From NCBI GenBank assembly GCA_002269645.1, contig NIVC01000952.1:462967-526966 (forward strand): 64,000 nt of DNA, given 5' to 3'. The DNA comes from Macrostomum lignano (taxonomy: Eukaryota). The position numbers and the translations under genes are program-made. Positions 53,101 to 64,000 of the stretch are shown piece by piece. The notes below the pieces were generated by a model. The model was given only the letters and a program-made list of their open reading frames with translations, made no database searches and had not been told where the DNA came from. Numbering within the stretch: position 1 is the first letter of the stretch; each line of letters begins with the position of its first letter.

Positions 53101-53690
53101 CATGACGCTTCTATGATTGTTTACATGACGCTTCTATGATTGTTTACATGACGCTTGTATGATTGTTTACATGACGCTTCTATGATTGTTTACATGACGC
53201 TTGTATGATTGTTTACATGACGCTTCTATGATTGTTTACATGACGCTTCTATGATTTTTATATGACGCTTCTATGATTTTTATATGACGCTTCTACGATT
53301 TTTTACATGACGCTTCTACGATTTTTTACATGACGCTTCTATGATTGTTTACATGACGCTACTATGATTTTTACATGACGCTTTTATGATTTTTTACATG
53401 ACGCTTCTATGATTGTTTACATGACGCTTCTATGATTGTTTACATGACGCTTCTACGATTTTTTACATGACGCTTCTATGATTGTTTACATGACGCTTCT
53501 ATGATTTTTTTACATGACGCTTCTATGATTTTTTACATGACGCTTCTATGATTCTTTAAATGACGCTTCTACGATTTTTATATGACGCTTCTACGATTTT
53601 TAACATGACGCTTCTATGATTGTTTACATGACGCTTCTATGATTTTTTAAATGACGCATCTATGATTTTTATATGACGCTTTTTTTTAAA
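50200..53690. repeat. About 23-bp satellite (3.5 kb)
   Basis: Unit ttacatgacgcttctatgattgt and variants. Confidence 0.97.
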
Positions 53691-54484
53691 GTCTTTTAGT
53701 TTTCCTGACGTTGAAAAGCTTTAATTAAAAAAATTCCACTCTATGAAAATATGAACCATCGTCGCTGCATTTAGCATTTCAGTTTGTTCACCTCTAGGCT
53801 AGCTCTCATCGTTTTGATAACATGAAATTTTTCACTTATATAATTCAACACTTTAAAATCCAAGCATAGAGTAAATCACACGAAGCAGTTATGACATAAT
53901 CAGTTTCTCAGTCAGTCAGTATCAGTTAACAATATGGTTACACAATTTAAATCAAGTCTGGTGCTACGCTTCCACACTGCATTTTCAATTCAAGTCGGAG
54001 TTACAATTCAGTTATGATGCAATCTATTTCAGAATCAGAATTCAACCAGTCAGTTTTTTCTCTAGCATTCTTACAATGCATTTCAAGTCGAAAAGTTTGC
54101 TTGACCTTTGCAAAAAAGCATGTTTTTCGAATATTTAATGCCTTTAGCATCGAGCAATTTCTTAGCCACGATGCATGTACAGTCACGGGAAAATTTCTGA
54201 TCGAACAGTGCAAGTTCGAACAAAATCGGTCCAGCCATTTTTTCTCTAATCGATCACATAGACACAGACAGACCATTTTTAGTATATACGAGGCCAACTC
54301 CTCCTCTGGAGGAGAAAGGGGAAGAACTCCCATCACCGGAATTCCATTCCCTGAAATCCATCAGCTGAAATTCCATGACTTGAATCCCATCTTCCAAATC
54401 ATCTCCAAATCCTCTGTAAAGCCTTTCAAATACCATATCTTGTTTTCCCTGTTCGCAAAAACTGACTGCCATTGTCCAGACTCA

Positions 54485-54910
54485 GATTCTTCTGTCTCCT
54501 CTCTTCTCTTTTCTCTCCTCTCACGTCTCTCATCTCTACCACCTTATTTATCTCTTCTCCCTCGTCTTTCGTCTTTCTCTCCTGTCTCCTTTATCCCCTG
54601 TTTTCTCCTCTCTCCTCTCTTCTCTCCTCTCTCATCTCTCATCCCTCATGCCTCATCTCACTATTTCTTTCTCCTCTACTCTCAGCTCCTCTCTTCTCTC
54701 TCCTCTCCTCTCTCCTGTCTCCCTCTGCTATCTCATATCTTCCCTCTCATCTCCTCTCTCCTCTTTTCTTCTCTCTCCATCTTCGTTCCCGCCTTACTCC
54801 CCTCTTCTCTCCCATCTGTCATGTCTAATCTGCCCTCTCTCATCTCTACTCTCTTTTCTATAATCTCTTCTCTCTTCTCTTTTCACTCTTCTCTTTACTC
54901 TCTTTACTGA
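54485..54910. repeat. CT-rich low-complexity tract
   Basis: Degenerate (ctct)n; homologous to a longer tract at 56310-57330. Confidence 0.85.
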
Positions 54911-56309
54911 CTGACTGAAGATACCAAATCCATCAAAATCCCTCCATGAAACAGAAACCCTCTCCGTGAAACTGGACTCCTTTCGAAATCCAATCCGCCA
55001 AACAGAAATCCTCTCCGTGAAACTGGGCTCCATGGAAATCCTCTGAGTGAAACTGACATCCATCAAAATCGTCTCCGTAAAACAGAAATACATCTAGATT
55101 CTCTCCACGAAAAAGAAATCCTCTCCGTGAAACCGAAAACCATCAGAATACTCCGTGAAACTGGACTCAATCGAAATTTTCTCTGTCAAAAAGAACTTAA
55201 CTCTCAGAATTCATTGGTTAGGGTTAGGGTTAGAGCTGCACAGAGCTGCGTGTTGAATTAATTGAATCAATTAATTGCGCAAACCATTTCTCAGTCAGAC
55301 AGTATCAGTCTTATTTAAAGTTAAATAAACGGTTGCGCAATCTAAATCAACCCTCCAATACGCAGCGGCAGACCCCCTTCCAATACGCCCAACTTTATCT
55401 ATTACGTCTCGCAAAACTGAGTACAATTTTTGCAGAAAGTTAAAAGTATGGAAATAGTTTTTTAAATGCTGTGCTTTTTCTTTTCATATTTAAAGCATAC
55501 AACTTATATCCCCGAACTCAGCGTTGCAAGATCTTTCCAGCAATATAAGTCTCTCCTCTCAAAGTTTAAAACTCGAGGAACAGTTAGCGTTTGAAATTTA
55601 CCAATTTCCCGACTGCTTGCTAGAGAAGCTCGCAAGTTTATTCATTGAATTTCACTGCCAAACTAATACACAGGGCTGCCAATAATAAAACCAAATGAAT
55701 CTCGACACAGTCTATCTATTTACACTGTACAACTGCTATGTACACTCAGCCCAAGCCCAACCCCCGTTCTGGGGAAGCATTAAATTTAACTCGACCCCCC
55801 AACACGCGGGGGTTTTATTTGCATTGAACGCAGAACACGCGCACCCACCACCCCTCAATACACAGCGGCCCGCGGGCGGAGGTTGGGGTGGCTATTTTTA
55901 CAAACTGGCTGAAGCCCCAGGCAGAGTGACCAAAGAAGGTTATTGGGGGTTAAAAAAGCAGTTTTCTGCTTTTTTAGGGATGTTAAAATGTGAAAATTAA
56001 AAATTAAAATAGCCTAAAGCCTGCTCCGGAAAATTTGCAGTTTTCCCATATAAGTTTCGACGTTGACTTGGCAGAATTGTAGGAGTTCACTTGCTACATA
56101 CAGACAGACAGACATACAGACAGACAAACATCGCGTCGGTTTTAGTATTAGGAGAGTGGAACTCCTCCTTCGGAGGAGAAAGGGGAAGAACTCCCATCAC
56201 CGGAATTCCATTCCCTGAAATATCCATCAACTGAAATTCCATGTCTTGAACCCTATCTTCCAAATCGTCTCCAAATTCTTTAGAAAACCTTTCAAAGACC
56301 ATAGCTCAA

Positions 56310-57330
56310 AGACTCTCACGTCTCTCATATCTACTCTCTCCACTCTGTGCTATTATCGTGACTCTCTTCTCTCTCCTCTCTCTCATCTCATCTCTACCCG
56401 TACTCCCTTATTTATGTTTTCTCCCTCGTCTTTCGTCTGTACCCTCTCCTGTCTCTTGTCTCCTCTCTTCTCTCATATCTCTCCTCTTCACTTCTGTCTC
56501 CTGTCTTCTCTCTTCTCTCTTATCTCTCCCTCTTCTCTCCTCTTTTATATGTCATCCCTATTCACTTATCTATCGTCTCTCTTAACCCTCTCTCTCTTCT
56601 CTTTTCTTTCCTCTCTGCTCTCATTTCTCATATCTCATATACGCTCTCACACTCCACTTACTTGTCTCCAATCTTTCTTTCCTCCTTTCCACTTTTCCCT
56701 GTCTCTTCTCTTCTCTCTTTTCTATCCTCTCCATTCTCTCTTTTCTCCTCCCTTGCTCCTTTTATCTTCTCCCTCTCTTCTCTAATCTCTTCTCTCTTCT
56801 CTCTTATGTTCTCACTCATCTCTTATCATCGCATCTCTCATCTCTCCTCTCCTCACTACTTTCCTCTCTTAACTCTCTTATCTATTTCATCTCTCTCCTC
56901 TCTCCTCTTTCTCTTCTCCTCTCGCTTCTTCTCTCGCTTCTCTCTCCTATCTCTCCTCTCATCTCTACTACCGTATTTATATCTTCTAACTGGTCCTTCG
57001 TCTCTACTCTCTCCTTTCTCCTTTCTCCCCTCTTTTCTCCTTTCTTGTCTCTCCTGTCTCCCCTCCTCTCTCATCCCTCATCCCCTCATCTCACTCTTTC
57101 TTTCTCCTCTACTCTCCCCTCTCTTCTATTTTCTCTGTACGCTCTTATCCCTAATCTATTTTCTCTCCTCTCTCCTCTTTTCTTCTCTCTCCCTCTTCGT
57201 TCCCGCCTAAATCCCCTCTTCTCTCCAATCTGTCATGTCTAATATCTCCACTTATTTCTACTCTGTTTTCTATCATCTCATCTCTCTTCTGCTTTCATTC
57301 TTCTCTTTACTCTTTTCTCTGACTGATTGA
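56310..57330. repeat. CT-rich low-complexity tract
   Basis: Degenerate (ctct)n; source of spurious SLL-rich ORFs. Confidence 0.85.
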
Positions 57331-59212
57331 AGATGCCAAATCCATCAAGATCCTCTCCGCGAAGCAGAAATCCTGTCCGTGCAACTGAAAACCATCGAAA
57401 TCCTCTCCGTGAAACTGGACTCCTTCGAAATCCTTTCCGTGAAACTGAAAACCATCGAAATTCTCTCTTTTAAACTGGACTCAATCGAAATTTTCTCCGT
57501 CAAAAAAAATAAATATCAGGATTCATTGGTTAGGGTTATTGTTAGGGTTAGGGTTAGGGTTAAAGCTACACACAGCTGCGTGTTCAAATAAAAAATTGAA
57601 CCAATTGAATCAATTGATTGCGCAACCGATTTCTCAGTCAGTCAGTATCAGTCTCAGTTAAAGTTAAGAAAAACATTGCGCAATCTAAATCAACCCTCCA
57701 ATACACAGCAGCAGTGAGAAGTTGAACTCTCCCCCCAACTTTATCTATTACGTCTCGCAAAACTGAGTACAATTTTTGCAGAAAGTTAAAAGTATGGAAA
57801 TAGTTTTTTCAATGCTGTGCTTTTTCTTTTCATATTTAAAGCAAACAATTTATATCCCTGAAATCAGCTTTGCAAGTTCTTTCCAGCAATATTAATTTTT
57901 TCTCTCAAAGTTAAAAACTCGAGCAACAGTTTGCGTTTGAAAGTTTCTGATTTAAAGCATTGAAATATCAATTGTACGTTCACTGCCTGCTAAAGAGGCC
58001 CGCAAGTTTATGCATTGAATTTCAAGGTTCAACAAAACACAGGGCTGCCTATTGAAAATTAGAACACAAATCTTTGCGCAATTGTCTATACAGTCAGCCA
58101 GTGAGCCAGGGTCCGATTGTACACAGGCAGCCATTTAGAACGCCCCATCCCCCCACTGGAGAGAAAATACACTGCAGAGATAGGGAAAAGTTGTGGCGCA
58201 ATCACTTGAAATTCATGCAAATTTTCAGCTCCAAGCAGAAAGAGGGGACAATTAAGATTATCAAAGGTCAAGACCGCCGTTTTCTGCTTTTTTTGAGGAT
58301 CTTAGAAATTAAAATTTTAGAATTAAAATAGCCTATAGCCGACCTCGGATAATTTCCAATCTTCCCATATAAGTTTCAACGCTGAGTTGCCACTATTCAA
58401 GGAGGAGTTGTCGAAATGACAGACAGACAGACAGACAAACAACACGTCAACTTTAGTTTTTAGTACGAGGCCAACTCCTCCTTCGGAGAAGAAAGGGGAA
58501 GAACTCCAATCAGCGGAATTCCATTCCCTGAACTCCATCAGCGGAATCCCATTTTCCAACACCTCTCCGCGCAACAGAAATCGTCTCCGTGAAACTGAAC
58601 ACTATCGAAATCCTCTCCGTGAAACTGGACTAAATCGAAATTTCTACGTCAAATAGCCCAGCTCTCAGAATTCATTGGTTAGGGTTAGGGTTAGGGTTGA
58701 CAGCTGCGTGTTGAAAGGCGCCGTAAAAACATTGAACCAATTAAATTGCGCAACTTATTTCTCAGGCAGTCAGTATCAGCCTCAGTTAAAGTTAACAAAA
58801 AGATTGCGCAATCTAAATCAACCCTCAAATACACAGCAACCGACCCCCCTTCCAATACGCAGTGCAGCTAGAAATTGAACTCCCCCCCACCAACTATTGG
58901 GGGGTCGGTCGAACCCCCATTGAACTCCAAAATGAGCACAATCTTTGCAGAAAGCTAAAAGTATGAAAATCTTTTCTTGAATGCTGTGAATTTAATTTTC
59001 ATATTTAAAGCAAAAAACTTATATCCCCGAACTCATTGCAGCAAGATCTTTCCAGCAATATAAGTCTCTCCTCTCTAAGTTCAAAACTCGAGCAACAGTT
59101 AGTGTTTGAAACTATCTGATTTTAAGCATTGAAATATCGAGTGTACGTTCACTGCCTGCTAAAGATGCTCGCAAGTTTATGCATTAAAATGCACTGAATT
59201 TCACTGTGCAAA

Positions 59213-61428
59213 AAATACACAGGGCTTCCTGTTAAAAAACAGAACACAAATAGTTGCGCAATTGTCTATAAAGTCAGTCAGTGAGCCAGGGTTCAAGTGT
59301 ACACACGCAGCCACTGAGAACGCGACCATCCCCCCACTTGAGAGAAAATACACTGCCAAGATAGAAAAATTTTATGGCGCAATCACTAAAATTGATGCAA
59401 ATTTTCAGCTCCAAGCAGAAAGAGGGGACAATTAAGATTATCAAAGGTCAAGACCGCCATTTTCTGCTTTTTTAGGGATCTTAAAATGTAAAAATAAAAG
59501 AATAAAATAGCCTAAAGCCATCCTCGGAAAATTTGCAGTTTTCCCACATAAGTTTCAACGCTGACTTGCAAGTATTCTAGGAGGTACACAGGGCTTCCTG
59601 TTAAAAAACAGAACACAAATAGTTGCGCAATTGTCTATAAAGTCAGTCAGTGAGCCAGGGTTCAAGTGTACACACGCAGCCACTGAGAACGCGACCATCC
59701 CCCCACTTGAGAGAAAATACACTGCCAAGATAGAAAAATTTTATGGCGCAATCACTAAAATTGATGCAAATTTTCAGCTCCAAGCAGAAAGAGGGGACAA
59801 TTAAGATTATCAAAGGTCAAGACCGCCATTTTCTGCTTTTTTAGGGATCTTAAAATGTAAAAATAAAAGATTAAAATAGCCTAAAGCCATCCTCGGAAAA
59901 TTTGCAGTTTTCCCACATAAGTTTCAACGCTGACTTGCAAGTATTCTAGGAGGTACACAGGGCTTCCTGTTAAAAAACAGAACACAAATAGTTGCGCAAT
60001 TGTCTATAAAGTCAGTCAGTGAGCCAGGGTTCAAGTGTACACACGCAGCCACTGAGAACGCGACCATCCCCCCACTTGAGAGAAAATACACTGCCAAGAT
60101 AGAAAAATTTTATGGCGCAATCACTAAAATTGATGCAAATTTTCAGCTCCAAGCAGAAAGAGGGGACAATTAAGATTATCAAAGGTCAAGACCGCCATTT
60201 TCTGCTTTTTTAGGGATCTTAAAATGTAAAAATAAAAGATTAAAATAGCCTAAAGCCATCCTCGGAAAATTTGCAGTTTTCCCACATAAGTTTCAACGCT
60301 GACTTGCAAGTATTCTAGGAGGTACACAGGGCTTCCTGTTAAAAAACAGAACACAAATAGTTGCGCAATTGTCTATAAAGTCAGTCAGTGAGCCAGGGTT
60401 CAAGTGTACACACGCAGCCACTGAGAACGCGACCATCCCCCACTTGAGAGAAAATACACTGCCAAGATAGAAAAATTTTATGGCGCAATCACTAAAATTG
60501 ATGCAAATTTTCAGCTCCAAGCAGAAAGAGGGGACAATTAAGATTATCAAAGGTCAAGACCGCCATTTTCTGCTTTTTTAGGGATCTTAAAATGTAAAAA
60601 TAAAAGATTAAAATAGCCTAAAGCCATCCTCGGAAAATTTGCAGTTTTCCCACATAAGTTTCAACGCTGACTTGCAAGTATTCTAGGAGGTACACAGGGC
60701 TTCCTGTTAAAAAACAGAACACAAATAGTTGCGCAATTGTCTATAAAGTCAGTCAGTGAGCCAGGGTTCAAGTGTACACACGCAGCCACTGAGAACGCGA
60801 CCATCCCCCCACTTGAGAGAAAATACACTGCCAAGATAGAAAAATTTTATGGCGCAATCACTAAAATTGATGCAAATTTTCAGCTCCAAGCAGAAAGAGG
60901 GGACAATTAAGATTATCAAAGGTCAAGACCGCCATTTTCTGCTTTTTTAGGGATCTTAAAATGTAAAAATAAAAGATTAAAATAGCCTAAAGCCATCCTC
61001 GGAAAATTTGCAGTTTTCCCACATAAGTTTCAACGCTGACTTGCAAGTATTCTAGGAGGTACACAGGGCTTCCTGTTAAAAAACAGAACACAAATAGTTG
61101 CGCAATTGTCTATAAAGTCAGTCAGTGAGCCAGGGTTCAAGTGTACACACGCAGCCACTGAGAACGCGACCATCCCCCCACTTGAGAGAAAATACACTGC
61201 CAAGATAGAAAAATTTTATGGCGCAATCACTAAAATTGATGCAAATTTTCAGCTCCAAGCAGAAAGAGGGGACAATTAAGATTATCAAAGGTCAAGACCG
61301 CCATTTTCTGCTTTTTTAGGGATCTTAAAATGTAAAAATAAAAGATTAAAATAGCCTAAAGCCATCCTCGGAAAATTTGCAGTTTTCCCACATAAGTTTC
61401 AACGCTGACTTGCAAGTATTCTAGGAGG
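59213..61428. repeat. 369-bp tandem repeat, six copies
   Basis: Junction ctaggagg|tacacaggg recurs with period 369/369/368/369 (59581, 59950, 60319, 60687, 61056). Confidence 0.97.
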
Positions 61429-61870
61429 AGTTATCCAACAAACACACACACACACAGACAAACAACGCACCAACTTTAGTATTAAGAAAGATATAGGATC
61501 TCCCTCTATAGTTATGGAGACAAAAAGTTATACTTCACAAATTGGTTCTGGTTCTGGAACCAGAACAAGCAATATGAATGAAAAGGCCCATTGATATCAC
61601 GTTTTTCTTGATTGATATTCGCCCATTAAGATAAAATACCAAATGAATTGATTTGCTTTATATAGTACTGGAAGTATTGTGATAAATTTTTATTTGGCAT
61701 ACACAAGCAAGTAAATGTACAGGCACATACACTGTGTCACTCCATTGCAGATATAAAGAAAGAGGAAGAGAAATAAACATGCATTAAAAGCAAAGATATT
61801 ACATGTAGCACGCAAAGAAGTCTTAGCGTTACAGAAGTTAAGCATTATATTCAGATGCACCATAGACAGC

Positions 61871-62095
61871 TTACGGTCCATTCAGCTTGCTGCAAGCCTC
61901 CAGAAGTGACTGAATCGATTGGTCTCCAGCTTGAAATTCCGACCAAAGTTTAAAGTATTTGGATTGTCGCTGGCGGTACTTCCATCGCTGCAACCGCCTC
62001 AGAGCACCTTGAGACACCAACCGTGAGTCGATAGAGAGAGCAGTAGCTTGACCAGGAGGTAGAACTGGAGCTGACCGCGTTGAGCCCGACCTGCA
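61871..62095 (-). pseudogene. MULE transposase C-terminal remnant
   Basis: RAQRGQLQFYLLVKLL-[frameshift]-VSQGALRRLQRWKYRQRQSKYFKLWSEFQAGDQSIQSLLEACSKLNGP* resembles the C-terminus of animal MULE transposases (recognised from memory). Confidence 0.65.
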
Positions 62096-64000
62096 TTACA
62101 ATATATAACTAACGTATTGTCGTATTTATAAATTCTGGGTGTAATCCCAAGCATGCAGTGGGAGATCGCGCGAATATGACCACTAGGCCCTAATAAACAC
62201 AGGCCAGTACATACCAGTATGTGTGTGTGAGCACAGCGTGCTCGAGGTGTGAAAGAGATAGAGCGAGGTGATAACGTGTGGGTAGGCTGAGCTATGCGTT
62301 GCATTTTAAAATGAATGTATGAATCCAATGAGAGATGTGCTATTAAAAACGACTATGCACACATGGAGGCGCATTATTGAATATACGAGTACAGTACAGC
62401 GATATTATATATACACGTAAGCGATATATTATTACTAGGATTAGCACTGTGCTATGAGAGAGAGGGGAGCGGGGGAGAGAAAGAAAGAGAGAGAGAAAGA
62501 GAGAGAGCGAGTGAGAGAGAGATATATATAGAGGGAGAAGGGGATATTTGCAATGCTTTCTATTATAATGCGTAAAAAAACTTGGTGCTATAAATTTGTT
62601 ATTCTTGCATTCGTTTTTAACTGCAATTGCTTTTTTTATTTTAAGCGCTACCAGGGTAGCCCGCCCTATCACTGCTTATTCAATATATGTCTGTCGCCGA
62701 AGTGATCCAAATGTGTCGCCGAAATGACTGTCGCCGAAATGACTTGTCGCCGAAGTGACTGTCGCCGAAGTGACCTGTCGCCGAAGTGATCGGTGACCCC
62801 ATAGGCCTAGGCCGATTTTCAAGGTGCTTTTGCCAAGACATGGGGTTTTGACTAGGCCTATAACTGTAAAAATATAGTTTTATACTGCTTTAATTCTTAA
62901 ATTCTTAGGAGAGAAGTAATGAAATTGACTGCATGACGCAGAGCTCGCTCTCGCTGCTGCAATCAGATTTGAAGTTTTTTATTCCATTTTAAAATACAGC
63001 CTCCATAAAACAAAAACTTTGGTATAGTTTTAATCAGTAGCAAAGAAGTACAAACTTAAGTCATAAATATAAATAAGGCTTCCTTAAATATTTAATATTC
63101 TAATATTTTTTAATATTCTTTAATTAATTTTATTAAAACTTTCTGGGTAGCCTTAACTAACTTTTGATTGTTTTGAACATGCAGATGCAATGATCACCCA
63201 GTGATTGTTCAAAGCCTGCAGTTTGTCAGGTGGAATCTCTGACAAACTAGGTTGTTGCGCCGGAATAGTGCAACCTAGGAATCCGAAATTCAAGATATCC
63301 ACTATAATCTTTTGCTGAACACCTTCTTTAAACAAGAATCGTCTCCAGCCAGCCAGCCCTCTGAATTCAACGATTCTTTACATATGCTGCCAGAAGATCG
63401 GGTTTCCCTAAGGGCTGATGAAAGTTAAGCCTTAAACGAAGTTAAAGCTGATGCAGACACATGTGGTCGACGCGTTTCGATGAAATTTGGAGGTTGACCA
63501 GGGCCGCACTGAGGCGCAGTGCTGATTGGCGCACAAGTAGTACATTTGAATGCACTATAGCGCCAGTAAAGAAAAAATCTAACCCAGCAGAATCACTGAT
63601 ATATCAACGCTCCAGAGGGCTGGTGACTTTTTGATTCTTGTTTGAGAAGGTGCGAAACAAAAGCTGGTTAGTTGATCTAAATTCCAGACCCCGGGGTAGT
63701 TCAACGATTGGCGGAATAAACAAATTTGTGTTTCACTGATATTCACTTCAATGTACAAGTATATCTACATGTAAAACACAGTGAAAAAATTTGTCCAGAG
63801 GAGGCTCATCGTATAAGTTAGACAGCACAACGCCCACATGCTCATGAAAATGTACCATTGCAAAAAAATTTATTATAGCTACTGTATCAAGTTTTAGCCG
63901 ATATGTGCTGTACATGTATAGTCATGTTTAATCCGCGTTTTTACTGTGTCTTAAGGCTCGTTCACACTGCCATCAAATATGACCAAATTTCGTGTGATCA

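Larger units (their letters stand above)
49314..61490 (+). mobile_element. Head-to-tail Helitron/Helentron-like non-autonomous modules
   Basis: Four module ends with (acag)n...ttagta at about 54290, 56150, 58465 and 61480; three followed by the same ctcctcc-N3-ggaggag-type hairpin; shared internal blocks. Family assignment and outer boundaries are approximate. Confidence 0.55.
48860..62797. mobile_element. 13.9-kb Mutator-like (MULE) element with nested cargo
   Basis: About 99-bp TIRs built of cacttcggcgac subrepeats (48868-48966 and 62692-62790); 9-bp TSD cccataggc; internal transposase remnant. Confidence 0.85.

Noticed and set aside
54014-57242. Ser/Leu-rich membrane-like ORFs
   Set aside because: Translations of CT low-complexity tracts in TE modules.
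55216-58700. True telomere or chromosome end
   Set aside because: Only 2-4 units, internal, and at homologous positions within repeated modules.

Overview
Eukaryotic (animal) genomic DNA. GC-rich exons, GTGAG/GTAAG donors, polyQ tracts and introns packed with minisatellites resemble the flatworm Macrostomum; this is an inference from sequence style, not a database match. Seven spliced gene models were built by checking splice phase by hand. Minus strand: a LicD/fukutin-like type II membrane protein (runs off the window start), a DEG/ENaC channel remnant, an orphan secreted or GPI-like protein of about 640 aa, DHX8/PRP22, PAT1/PATL1 and a CCDC59/Fyv7-like protein. Plus strand: a divergent AGC-like Ser/Thr kinase. 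14 of 15 modelled introns, and most intergenic gaps, carry their own tandem array, and several units resemble the adjacent splice signals. DHX8 intron 4 (7.2 kb) holds decayed mariner and P-element fragments between two related acceptor-like arrays. The last 20 kb has no host gene that I can identify. It contains nested TEs: two MITEs and a 13.9-kb MULE (99-bp TIRs, 9-bp TSD, transposase remnant) filled with head-to-tail Helitron/Helentron-like modules and satellites. A young tRNA-derived SINE is present twice. CCDC59-PAT1-DHX8 is a candidate trans-spliced operon. No CRISPR array, rRNA or true tRNA gene was seen.
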